DNA of 64,000 nucleotides. Source: an uncultured virus (IMG/VR IMGVR_UViG_3300042445_002563). Lineage: Duplodnaviria; Heunggongvirae; Uroviricota; Caudoviricetes. The position numbers were made by a program, and so were the translations under genes. The notes beneath the pieces are model-generated. The model was not told where the DNA came from. It did not search any database and worked only from the letters and a program-made list of their open reading frames with translations. Position 1 is the first letter of the stretch. Every line of letters begins with the position of its first letter. The stretch is from the IMG/VR virus record IMGVR_UViG_3300042445_002563. One strand, 5' to 3'. Below are positions 28,141 to 36,611 of the stretch, one piece after another.

Positions 28141-29185
28141 AATTACCCTGCGACTGAATGAAAACGCTCTAGGAGCATTTGGGGCAGGATTTGCACAAGG
28201 TGCTGGTATCAGTGTGCCTGACACAGGCGATGCAGGAGGTACTGTGACCTCTGCGTATGGAGATGCCAGACAAAAAGCAGCGGCCCAGCAAGCTCGTCCA
28301 CTAATTGCTCAAGCAGCCAAACAAGAAATGCAGGCCTGGAACGTGGCCATTGCTGACATGCTCAAAAAAGAAAAAGTGCTAGACCGCAAGGAATTATCTC
28401 CGGCATCCAGGAGTGAACTTGCGAGAGATCTTGATGTTAGATTACACAAGGTGTTGATGAAGGGATCTGTTGGCACTGATTACACACAAGGGTTGCCTGC
28501 CAACGTGGATGAATTGTCCCAGCCCAAAGCAAAAGTCTTGGTTGATCGCTTGACCGCGGCCAAGCAAGACATTTTGAATTTTGATCAGCCAACCACAGCA
28601 CAGCAACGACTGGCACAATGGCAAGCTCTGAGTCAAACTGCCTATGACGCTATGTCTTTGACACAATTTTACCCGGACAAACGTCGCATGATGTCTGGAA
28701 CCATGCCCAAGATAGTGGCAAATCCTGGCGGCGGCTACAACATTGGATCTTATAAATTAACAGGCGACCGTGTGGACCAGTTGATTATTCAAAAAATACA
28801 AGCAGAACTGAAGACAAATCCCAAGGCAGACCCTCAACTGATTCAACTGAAAGCAAATAGAGACGGATCAATCAACATTGGTGCACAGCGGCTGGACCCT
28901 AGAAATACTGATGAAGCCATGGCAATTGAAAGAATAGAATCTGCAATGGGCAGCTCTGCACCTGCTGCACCTGCTGCACCTGCTGCACCTGCTGCACCTG
29001 CTGCACCTGCTGCACCTGCTGCCGCTGCTGCCGCTGCTCCTGCTGCCGCTGCCGGCGCAACACCAACTTCTAACCCAGCATCATTCAATGCTCAAAACAT
29101 AATGAACTTGCGGCCAACACCTGGATCTGTAACACCGGGTAAACAACTAACAAGAACAGCGACCGCAGAAAGCAAACGCAGATGA
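28127..29185 (+). CDS. Putative internal virion protein with Ala/Pro repeat
   Basis: AGGAGA RBS before ATG 28127; N-terminus MQIHEITLRLNE. Confidence 0.65.
   Translation: MQIHEITLRLNENALGAFGAGFAQGAGISVPDTGDAGGTVTSAYGDARQKAAAQQARPLIAQAAKQEMQAWNVAIADMLKKEKVLDRKELSPASRSELARDLDVRLHKVLMKGSVGTDYTQGLPANVDELSQPKAKVLVDRLTAAKQDILNFDQPTTAQQRLAQWQALSQTAYDAMSLTQFYPDKRRMMSGTMPKIVANPGGGYNIGSYKLTGDRVDQLIIQKIQAELKTNPKADPQLIQLKANRDGSINIGAQRLDPRNTDEAMAIERIESAMGSSAPAAPAAPAAPAAPAAPAAPAAAAAAAPAAAAGATPTSNPASFNAQNIMNLRPTPGSVTPGKQLTRTATAESKRR
28958..29020 (+). repeat. Perfect 9-bp tandem repeat (GCACCTGCT) x7 encoding (APA)7
   Basis: Read directly from the sequence. Confidence 0.95.
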
Positions 29186-31089
29186 AACTACTAGAAGGCG
29201 GCAACGTATTCAAGGACGCTGCCGGCAATCCGGCCACCCAGCGTATCAATCAAGCAGATGTGCCTGCTACCATTCGTTGGTTAGAAGGTGTACTGGGCAT
29301 GCAGTTTCCACAGGATCGTTGGCTAGGCTCCACAGGCCGTGCTGCCACCTCAGGTGATCTTGATCTAGCAGTGGATCTACAAGACACCACTAAAGATCAA
29401 ATTGCAGCAGCACTCACACAGTTTGTGCAAAAGAGCGGTCAAGATCCTCGTGAGTGGGTCAAGAAAGGCGGCGAAGTGCACTTCAAGACTCCCATTGCCG
29501 GCAATGCTCGTAATGGCTTTGTGCAAACAGATTTTATGTTTTTTCCTAATGTGGACTGGGGTACATTTTTCTATGCCGGCGGCACAGACTCGGCCTATAA
29601 AGGCATGGTGCGCAACGTGCTAATGTCAAGCCTGGCCAAGCATCTGGGACTTCGAGTGGGCGCAAATGGCATGTTCAGCCGAACAACCAATCAACTGGTG
29701 CGAGATGGTCTTGATCCTGACTATGTGGCCCAGACTTTGCTGGGCGCAGGCCGAGGTCGTGATGATCTAAAAAATGTAGAAACCATTTATCAAAATCTAG
29801 CCCGTGATCCTGAACGTGATGCCAAGCTGAAAGATTTTCGTGAGTATTTGGCTCGAGAAGAACTTGCAGAACCTGACATGGGCGTGAAAGAAAGTGATGT
29901 GAATTTTCTGGCTCGCTTGAGAGATCGCATTGTGAATCAAGGCATGATGCCATTGGTTGAAGCACCAGACACAGTGCAAATGATTGCTGAAGCTGAAGCA
30001 GCCGGAGTAGGTGGCCGAGCCAAAGGAATTGAACACCTGGAAGATCTTGTGTTCCGTCGTGGCACACAAGGTATTCGGGATGCTCTGACCATTGTGCAAC
30101 AGGCCATCGAGCAACCCAGCACAGTGACTGCCAAATGGGATGGCAAACCTGCTGTGATATTTGGACGCAAGCCCGCTACAGGTGAGTTTGTGCTCACAGA
30201 CGGATCAGGATTTGAAGCCAAAGGCTACGATGGCCTGGCCACAAGTCCCCAGATGATGGCTGACATACAGAGCCGACGTTCAGGCGATCGCACAGAATTG
30301 ATTCAGTTGTATGCTCAGTTGTTTCCTGTGTTGGAGGCAGCACTGCCCACAGGATTCCGTGGCTATGTCAAAGGAGACCTGTTGTACATGGACACTCCGC
30401 CTGCTGTGTCTGGCAACTATGTATTCCGTCCCAATACTATTGAATACAAAATTCCAGTTCAAAGTGCCTTGGGGCAGCGCATAGGCAACAGTACCATTGG
30501 CATTGCTATCCACAGCATGTACAGTGATCAGGGTGAACCACGTCAGCCCTTGCGTGGTGTGAGCTTTAATCCTGTGCCCGGACTCATGCTGGAACGTCCG
30601 GCAACTCCCAAACAACTTGAAGCTGAACCTGCCTTGGTCAAACAACTAAAAGCTCTGGTTCGGTCAGAAGGTGCTGCCATCAACACCTTGTTTAATCCTG
30701 CGGAACTGCGAGCCAACAAGATTACAGACCTGGCCAAACTGGCTGTGGATTTTATCAACACCAAAGTAGGTGCGCCGCTGAATCCTGCTAGCCTGTTGTC
30801 TGAATTTGGAGACTGGCTACAGACCCGAGTTACACCGCAAAAGTTCCGTAACATTGTGGAATACCTACAGAGTCCCACCAGCAATACCAGTGCACTGGCA
30901 GCAGCGTTCACAGCATTTATATTGCTGCACGATCTCAAAATGGATCTGCTGCGTCAAGCAGATGCACAGCATCCTGGCCAAGAAGGCTGGGTAATGGCCA
31001 CTCCTGCAGGCTATGCCAAGGCAGTGAACCGCTTTGACCCCAATGCTTTTGCTGCTCAAAATCGAGCACAAAACAATCCCAAATCATGA
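29182..31089 (+). CDS. Fusion of a Pol-beta-type nucleotidyltransferase and a KxDG ligase-like domain
   Basis: LGSTG...SGDLDLAV and VQTDF in the N-terminal half; HLED, KWDG, KGDLLY, EGWV and K.VNR in the C-terminal half. Confidence 0.75.
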   Translation: MKLLEGGNVFKDAAGNPATQRINQADVPATIRWLEGVLGMQFPQDRWLGSTGRAATSGDLDLAVDLQDTTKDQIAAALTQFVQKSGQDPREWVKKGGEVHFKTPIAGNARNGFVQTDFMFFPNVDWGTFFYAGGTDSAYKGMVRNVLMSSLAKHLGLRVGANGMFSRTTNQLVRDGLDPDYVAQTLLGAGRGRDDLKNVETIYQNLARDPERDAKLKDFREYLAREELAEPDMGVKESDVNFLARLRDRIVNQGMMPLVEAPDTVQMIAEAEAAGVGGRAKGIEHLEDLVFRRGTQGIRDALTIVQQAIEQPSTVTAKWDGKPAVIFGRKPATGEFVLTDGSGFEAKGYDGLATSPQMMADIQSRRSGDRTELIQLYAQLFPVLEAALPTGFRGYVKGDLLYMDTPPAVSGNYVFRPNTIEYKIPVQSALGQRIGNSTIGIAIHSMYSDQGEPRQPLRGVSFNPVPGLMLERPATPKQLEAEPALVKQLKALVRSEGAAINTLFNPAELRANKITDLAKLAVDFINTKVGAPLNPASLLSEFGDWLQTRVTPQKFRNIVEYLQSPTSNTSALAAAFTAFILLHDLKMDLLRQADAQHPGQEGWVMATPAGYAKAVNRFDPNAFAAQNRAQNNPKS

Positions 31090-31154
31090 TTTTTTTGGAT
31101 CCGACATAAATAAAAGCAAGGCACACAGCCTATTAACTTAAAGGAAATTTTATC

Positions 31155-31565
31155 ATGGCACAAATTACTCGCGTAAATGGCGATCTACAACCAGTAGTGG
31201 TAATGGATCAACCCGTAGCAGCTTCTTCACCTGGCGCTGGTTTCAGCTCAGGTATCAACACTGTGGTCAGCGGTGTAACTGTTAACTCAGCTGGTCCTAA
31301 ACTGGACTTTGGCACAGTTACTTTCACTGGTAACGCTACTGTCAGCGGCACCTCATTGGCAATTGCTATCCAGACAATTCAGCAACAAGCTACTATTGCT
31401 ATGTATGAGTTCACCACAGTCTCTTCAAACTCAGCAACATTGGCCATTGCTTCGTTCCCAACTGGTGCGTGGGACTTCGCCAACGGTGGAGACCTAGACG
31501 TAGCTCTTACAGCAGCCATTGGTTACGCTGTGACCACAGCAGCCACTGCAACCTTCACAAACTAA
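31155..31565 (+). CDS. Probable abundant virion protein
   Basis: CATAAATA and AAGGA upstream, A/T/S-rich, own terminator. Confidence 0.6.
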   Translation: MAQITRVNGDLQPVVVMDQPVAASSPGAGFSSGINTVVSGVTVNSAGPKLDFGTVTFTGNATVSGTSLAIAIQTIQQQATIAMYEFTTVSSNSATLAIASFPTGAWDFANGGDLDVALTAAIGYAVTTAATATFTN

Positions 31566-31585
31566 TTTAACTCTAGTTTGAACCA

Positions 31586-31617
31586 CCCCGGACTTAAAAA
31601 ATCCGGGGTTTCTTTTT
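31586..31617 (+). terminator. Intrinsic terminator
   Basis: CCCCGGA-cttaaaaaa-TCCGGGG followed by TTTCTTTTT. Confidence 0.85.
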
Positions 31618-31636
31618 GGCATTAAATAACTGCAGA

Positions 31637-32068
31637 ATGAAAATACAATGCCGAACCCTATTTGACTGCACCCGAACTGGGGTAACCGGTGCGTTTCGTT
31701 CCAGCGAAATACCCTACCAAGACCGTGCAGGACAACCAGTGCACAATCATGAAAACTGGCATCGCAGTCGTAATCAGCAACGCAACTACGAAACACTCTT
31801 ACAGATATTTGGGCTGCGAACACAACCACAAGAAATAACTCAACCTGCTAGAATTGATGGCATGTGGCAGTTTAGTTTTGTGAGCGAAAGCGAAGGCGTG
31901 TTTGACATGCACAACAATCCTGATCCTCTAGCAGGCCTCTTGGTAGACTGTGAAGGTGTGCCCATGGTTGCCGGGCTGGGCGAACAGCCAGGCATTGCCA
32001 CAGTGTTGACCACTCAAGGTGACCAGCAGAACATTTGGTTTACTAGCATAAATACCACATTGGAGTAA
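31637..32068 (+). CDS. Hypothetical protein
   Basis: TLFDCT.TG...RNQQRN.ET..Q...LR.QP; probable start 31637, after TAAATA. Confidence 0.7.
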   Translation: MKIQCRTLFDCTRTGVTGAFRSSEIPYQDRAGQPVHNHENWHRSRNQQRNYETLLQIFGLRTQPQEITQPARIDGMWQFSFVSESEGVFDMHNNPDPLAGLLVDCEGVPMVAGLGEQPGIATVLTTQGDQQNIWFTSINTTLE

Positions 32069-32071
32069 CCT

Positions 32072-32335
32072 ATGGCAGAAACCACTGATCTGGAGAGAAA
32101 AAGTCTGGAGGCACATGTAGACTTGTGTGCTCAACGCTATCGCTTTCTTGAGCAAAAACTAGACGCATTTGAGGAAAAAATTCATGGACTCAACACAGTG
32201 ATCCGCGAAGTTCATGACATGGTTCAAATCATGAGTGAAAAACGCAATGATCAGCTGATCAATTGGGGCCTGGGCATCATGGGAACAATGTTGGCTGTGA
32301 TTGCATATCTTGTGACAACATTTGTAATGCCATGA
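32072..32335 (+). CDS. Small coiled-coil protein with a C-terminal TM helix (XhlA/holin-like)
   Basis: LEAHVDLCAQRY, coiled coil, hydrophobic C-terminus. Confidence 0.55.
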   Translation: MAETTDLERKSLEAHVDLCAQRYRFLEQKLDAFEEKIHGLNTVIREVHDMVQIMSEKRNDQLINWGLGIMGTMLAVIAYLVTTFVMP

Positions 32336-32799
32336 AACAAGAACAAGAACAAAAACTCGAACGCTGGGCCAAACGCGAAATTTCACGCAATCTTGAACAC
32401 ATGATTGTGGATGATCAATCAGGCTCCTATGTGGCGTTTGGACACTATTACCTGGAACCACAAGCCGCAGGTTACAGCGTTAGAACCTGGGACCGACACA
32501 TTTACACCTTTGCCAACAAACGCACCGCTATCAGCTGGTGTGTGGCCGACAAATATCATCAATACAATCTAGCCAACAACATACAAATGTTGGACAGCAA
32601 ACACCAACAGCTTGCAGCAGACATACACTGTCGCTTGAGTCAAGCCACTAGAAGTCGCCATCAGGACTTCTACGAAACAGTAAATACCAAGATTCAGCCC
32701 AAAAAAACCGTGCTGGACAGTGTTCACTCCGAATTAGAAAAATGTATTAATTCGGCTAAATATCTACAACTTAGAGGATTCTCAAATGAAACTGCATGA
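32332..32799 (+). CDS. Hypothetical protein
   Basis: Probable start ATG 32332, overlapping the upstream stop. Confidence 0.65.
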   Translation: MKQEQEQKLERWAKREISRNLEHMIVDDQSGSYVAFGHYYLEPQAAGYSVRTWDRHIYTFANKRTAISWCVADKYHQYNLANNIQMLDSKHQQLAADIHCRLSQATRSRHQDFYETVNTKIQPKKTVLDSVHSELEKCINSAKYLQLRGFSNETA

Positions 32800-33646
32800 A
32801 CTAGCCGCACCACGGGCCACCCAACAAATCAGCCAGGTATTCGAAAGCTACTTTGGTTCCAAACTCAGCTTTGACCAGTTGAACCGTCGTCAAGCCAGTC
32901 ACATGTTGAATCGTGTGCGTGGCATCCTGGGCGAGCACCGTTCTACATCAGCTTGTCACACCAGCGAACAAAATCCCGACTATCTCAAACTGGTCATGAT
33001 GGAACAAGCTCTCACAGCACACCTTGGTGAAATGACTGCTCCTGCAGCAATCACTAACCCTGCTGTCAAACCAGGAGCTCCTGTTGATCCCAAACTCAAA
33101 ATGGCACAGGACAAGATCAAGAAGGGTCAATCTCTAAGCCCCGATGAACAAAAAATGGTCAATGATCAGGCTGCTGCTGTGGCTGAGAGTCGTCTACGCC
33201 GTGCCCACCGTTATCTCAAAGAAAGCGAAGTACAACAAGCTCAAGTGGTGCTGGCTGCTCAAGACATGGTAGACAAAATGCAAGGCATGTTGGAAGATGT
33301 AAGTGAATTACAGTTCAAAGAATTGCCAGCCCTGGTTGATTCAATCAAGAATCAAGTGGGCGTTGATCAAGCCACGCAATTTAACTCAGACACTACTGCT
33401 GCTCTCACAGCATTGATGCAGACCTTGCAAGGTACTAAACAACAACTGGATGCTGCCTTGGGCGTGGTAACTGGACAAACCGCACCTGTTGCTGAAATCC
33501 CGGGTATGGATGCTGGAGCTGATCTAGCAGCTGATGCTGCAGCCGGTGTGGGCGACGAAGTGGATGACCTTGATGCCATGGCCGCTGATGATTTAGATGC
33601 AGATGTTGCCACACCTGCTGCATCACTGGGCCGAGCCCGCAGATAA
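32786..33646 (+). CDS. Putative head scaffold/internal protein
   Basis: MKLHEL N-terminus, VAES/LKES sites, acidic tail ending LGRARR. Confidence 0.5.
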   Translation: MKLHELAAPRATQQISQVFESYFGSKLSFDQLNRRQASHMLNRVRGILGEHRSTSACHTSEQNPDYLKLVMMEQALTAHLGEMTAPAAITNPAVKPGAPVDPKLKMAQDKIKKGQSLSPDEQKMVNDQAAAVAESRLRRAHRYLKESEVQQAQVVLAAQDMVDKMQGMLEDVSELQFKELPALVDSIKNQVGVDQATQFNSDTTAALTALMQTLQGTKQQLDAALGVVTGQTAPVAEIPGMDAGADLAADAAAGVGDEVDDLDAMAADDLDADVATPAASLGRARR

Positions 33647-34008
33647 TGAGAATTGATGAAGTAGCCAACACAACTGGATCCACACCCGAGCCTGAAAAAC
33701 TCATGGGCCTGGTTAGTTTTCTGGCTGGTCGTTCTGCGGACACAGGTGCTCAAAAACAAATTGATCAAAAAGCCTTTATTGAATTAGCCCGCAGCCTGGG
33801 CATTACCATTGCCCCAAACCAACTGGCCGATATTGTGGGACAACCTCCTCTCAGCAATGTGCTAGAACCATTGGCACCAGACTCCCAGGATCCAATTGTG
33901 TTCAAAGGTGGCGAAGCACCTACTCCACCCAAAATGCCAGTCAACCAGGCTCAGAACATTGTGGCTGCCGCTGCCAAATCAGCAATGAATAAAGATCGCG
34001 GCGTTTAA
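33646..34008 (+). CDS. Hypothetical virion-associated protein
   Basis: MRIDEV N-terminus, V...AKSA C-terminus. Confidence 0.6.
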   Translation: MRIDEVANTTGSTPEPEKLMGLVSFLAGRSADTGAQKQIDQKAFIELARSLGITIAPNQLADIVGQPPLSNVLEPLAPDSQDPIVFKGGEAPTPPKMPVNQAQNIVAAAAKSAMNKDRGV

Positions 34009-34020
34009 CACCAAACTGCA

Positions 34021-34049
34021 TTGACATTTGTCGTTAAATACCTTATAAT
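34021..34049 (+). promoter_or_regulatory. Perfect sigma70 promoter with an embedded TAAATA, upstream of iscU
   Basis: TTGACA 34021, N17, TATAAT 34044; TAAATA 34035-34040. Confidence 0.85.
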
Positions 34050-34067
34050 TAAACTAAGGAAAATTTT

Positions 34068-34454
34068 ATGGCATATTCAGAAAAAGTTGTAGACCACTAC
34101 GAGAACCCACGCAATGTGGGTAGTTTCTCCAAAGAAGACACAGATGTGGGCACTGGTATGGTTGGAGCGCCGGCGTGCGGTGATGTGATGAAGCTGCAAA
34201 TTAAAGTTACTGACGGAGTAATCACAGATGCAAGATTTAAAACATACGGTTGCGGCAGCGCGATTGCGTCAAGTTCGCTTGTTACTGAATGGGTCAAAGG
34301 ACGTACCCTTGAGCAGGCGGAAGCGATCAAAAATAGCGAAATTGCTACTGAGCTTGCCCTTCCCCCTGTTAAAATTCATTGTTCAATACTTGCAGAAGAT
34401 GCCATCAAAGCGGCGGTAGCTGACTACAGGATCAAACATGATCTTGTTCACTGA
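34068..34454 (+). CDS. iscU: Fe-S cluster scaffold IscU
   Basis: YSEKVVDHYENPRNVG, GAPACGD, FKTYGCGSAIASSS and LPPVKIHCS. Confidence 0.97.
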   Translation: MAYSEKVVDHYENPRNVGSFSKEDTDVGTGMVGAPACGDVMKLQIKVTDGVITDARFKTYGCGSAIASSSLVTEWVKGRTLEQAEAIKNSEIATELALPPVKIHCSILAEDAIKAAVADYRIKHDLVH

Positions 34455-34761
34455 CACTGCCCGAAACAAAATCAAACGATTGTTAGAAAAACGCGGTGGC
34501 ATAGGCATACGTCTAGCAGTAAAAACCACAGGGTGTTCGGGTCTGGCTTATGTGCTAGAATATGTCGATGCACACACCGGTGACAACAGTACCATAAATT
34601 ATGCTCAGCCTGATTTTTCTGTGCTGGTGGACAAAAAACACGAAGTATATCTGGACGGCATGACTGTGGATTATGTTCGCCAAGGTCTCAATGAAGGATT
34701 TGAATTTTCAAATCCCAACGAACGTGATCGGTGTGGCTGCGGAGAAAGCTTTAGAATCTAA
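34438..34761 (+). CDS. iscA: Fe-S A-type carrier IscA
   Basis: TTGCSGLAY, F.F.NPN and CGCGESF. Confidence 0.95.
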   Translation: MILFTDTARNKIKRLLEKRGGIGIRLAVKTTGCSGLAYVLEYVDAHTGDNSTINYAQPDFSVLVDKKHEVYLDGMTVDYVRQGLNEGFEFSNPNERDRCGCGESFRI

Positions 34762-34764
34762 CGC

Positions 34765-35868
34765 ATGATTGCAATCTACAGCAACAACTATTCAACTGAT
34801 CATTACATACAGCAGTTGAAGTTTCAGCAGCAGCACCAGGTGTATCAGTCAGCTGATCAGTATGTTGCGGTCACAGCCGATGTCAAGATAGCGTTTGTAA
34901 ATCATTTGAACAGTTACGAACCCCCAGAATCTGAACAGCAGCGTCTACAACAAGTGATCGGCGGGCACAAATTTTCACAGGAAATTGACCAGGTCAAACA
35001 ATGTAGTGATCTTGTGTTTGCATTTGACACTGAGCTGCATGCGTATCATCAAGAACTGTTTTGCCGCCATAATCATCCTGATGTGTACTGGGTCGTGCCT
35101 GGTCAAATAAATGATCCTGATGCAGCTGATCAACAAAATGTAATTGTGTGGAATGCTCATTTTGATCTATTGACCTGGCCCTACCAGACATTAACAGCAC
35201 CCATACAAAAACTACAACACAACACAGTCAAACCTCTGTGTTTTGATGCATTGTTGGGCAGTCCCAAGCCACATAGAGATTTTGTGTACAATTCTGTGAT
35301 GAGTCACAATTTGCAACACAGCAGCATACTCACATACATGACTGACCCAACTGTGAATTTTCAAACTGGGTTAGCTTGGGAATCTGATATACAACAGTTT
35401 CCTGCAACGGCCACAAGGCCAACTGATTTGGTATTATATCATGAACACAACATTGCACTTGCTAGAATTTTGCCAATTGAAATATACAACCAAACTGCCT
35501 ACAGCGTGGTAGCTGAAACAGGATTCCACAATTGGTATAGTTTTTTTACAGAAAAAACAGCCAAGCCCATGATGGCACAACGATTGTTTGTGATGTTCTC
35601 GGGACAAAATTTTTTACACAATCTTAGATCCTTGGGCTTCCGTACATTTGACAATGTGATTGACGAAAGTTACGATAGAATACACAATGATCAGGAAAGA
35701 TGGTCAGCTGCATTTGAACAGGTACAGAGATTATGCAGCATGGATCAGACCTGGGTGTTTGATCAAATCACACACACTGTAGAACACAATTATCAATTGC
35801 TAATGACCACCAACTGGACACAACACATGTTGGCACAACTTCAACAAAAACTCAACCATTCAATTTAA
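34765..35868 (+). CDS. Putative glycosyltransferase-like protein (ET...TEK..KP family)
   Basis: VVAET...FFTEKTAKP...LGFRTFDNVIDESYD; paralogue of 57584..58873. Confidence 0.5.
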   Translation: MIAIYSNNYSTDHYIQQLKFQQQHQVYQSADQYVAVTADVKIAFVNHLNSYEPPESEQQRLQQVIGGHKFSQEIDQVKQCSDLVFAFDTELHAYHQELFCRHNHPDVYWVVPGQINDPDAADQQNVIVWNAHFDLLTWPYQTLTAPIQKLQHNTVKPLCFDALLGSPKPHRDFVYNSVMSHNLQHSSILTYMTDPTVNFQTGLAWESDIQQFPATATRPTDLVLYHEHNIALARILPIEIYNQTAYSVVAETGFHNWYSFFTEKTAKPMMAQRLFVMFSGQNFLHNLRSLGFRTFDNVIDESYDRIHNDQERWSAAFEQVQRLCSMDQTWVFDQITHTVEHNYQLLMTTNWTQHMLAQLQQKLNHSI

Positions 35869-35871
35869 CAC

Positions 35872-36582
35872 ATGATAACTCAACGATACAACTACACACC
35901 CATCAACAGAGAAACCATAGACGGCAAACGACACTACTGCCTGCCCGACGGCAGCAAGGTACCCAGTGTGACCACAATCCTGGACCGAACCAAGAGTGAA
36001 GAAAAGCGTCAGGTGCTGGCCAACTGGCGCCGGCGAGTGGGCGAGCAAAAAGCACAAGAAATTACCACAGAAGCAGCCAGTCGTGGCACACGCATGCACA
36101 GCTATCTTGAGCACTACATGCTGCATGATGACATGAAGCCCTTGCCTGGAAATCCTTTTGCACATCCTTCATGGTTCATGGCCGCAGAAGTCATTCTGCA
36201 AGGACTATGCCATGTGAATGAATTTTGGGGCGCAGAAGTTCCGGTTTATTATAGTGGGTTATATGCTGGCACCACAGACTGCCTGGGTGTGTGGAAAAAC
36301 CGCCCGGCCATCATGGATTTCAAACAAACCAACAAGCCCAAAAAACGTGAATGGATTGATGATTATTTTGTGCAGTTGGCAGCGTATGCGGCAGCACACA
36401 ACGAAACTCACGGTACAAGCATTGACTGCGGTGTTATTTTAATGGCTCAGCAGCCCGATATGCTGCCTGACGGTAGCCTGGGCAAGCCTGTGTACACAGA
36501 ATACGTAATCGAAGGCGATGAGTTTGCACACTGGAGCAACGAGTGGATGAAACGTGTGGAACAGTACTACCTCACACGCTAA
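35872..36582 (+). CDS. PD-(D/E)XK exonuclease
   Basis: PSVTTIL, GTRMH, YAGTTD, DFK and QLAAYA. Confidence 0.85.
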   Translation: MITQRYNYTPINRETIDGKRHYCLPDGSKVPSVTTILDRTKSEEKRQVLANWRRRVGEQKAQEITTEAASRGTRMHSYLEHYMLHDDMKPLPGNPFAHPSWFMAAEVILQGLCHVNEFWGAEVPVYYSGLYAGTTDCLGVWKNRPAIMDFKQTNKPKKREWIDDYFVQLAAYAAAHNETHGTSIDCGVILMAQQPDMLPDGSLGKPVYTEYVIEGDEFAHWSNEWMKRVEQYYLTR

Positions 36583-36611
36583 ATACTCAATAGATTTCAA
36601 GGATTCCAACT

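Noticed and set aside
35872..36582. Cas4 / CRISPR adaptation gene
   Set aside because: It lacks the four-Cys Fe-S motif and any CRISPR context; an ordinary phage PD-(D/E)XK exonuclease fits better.
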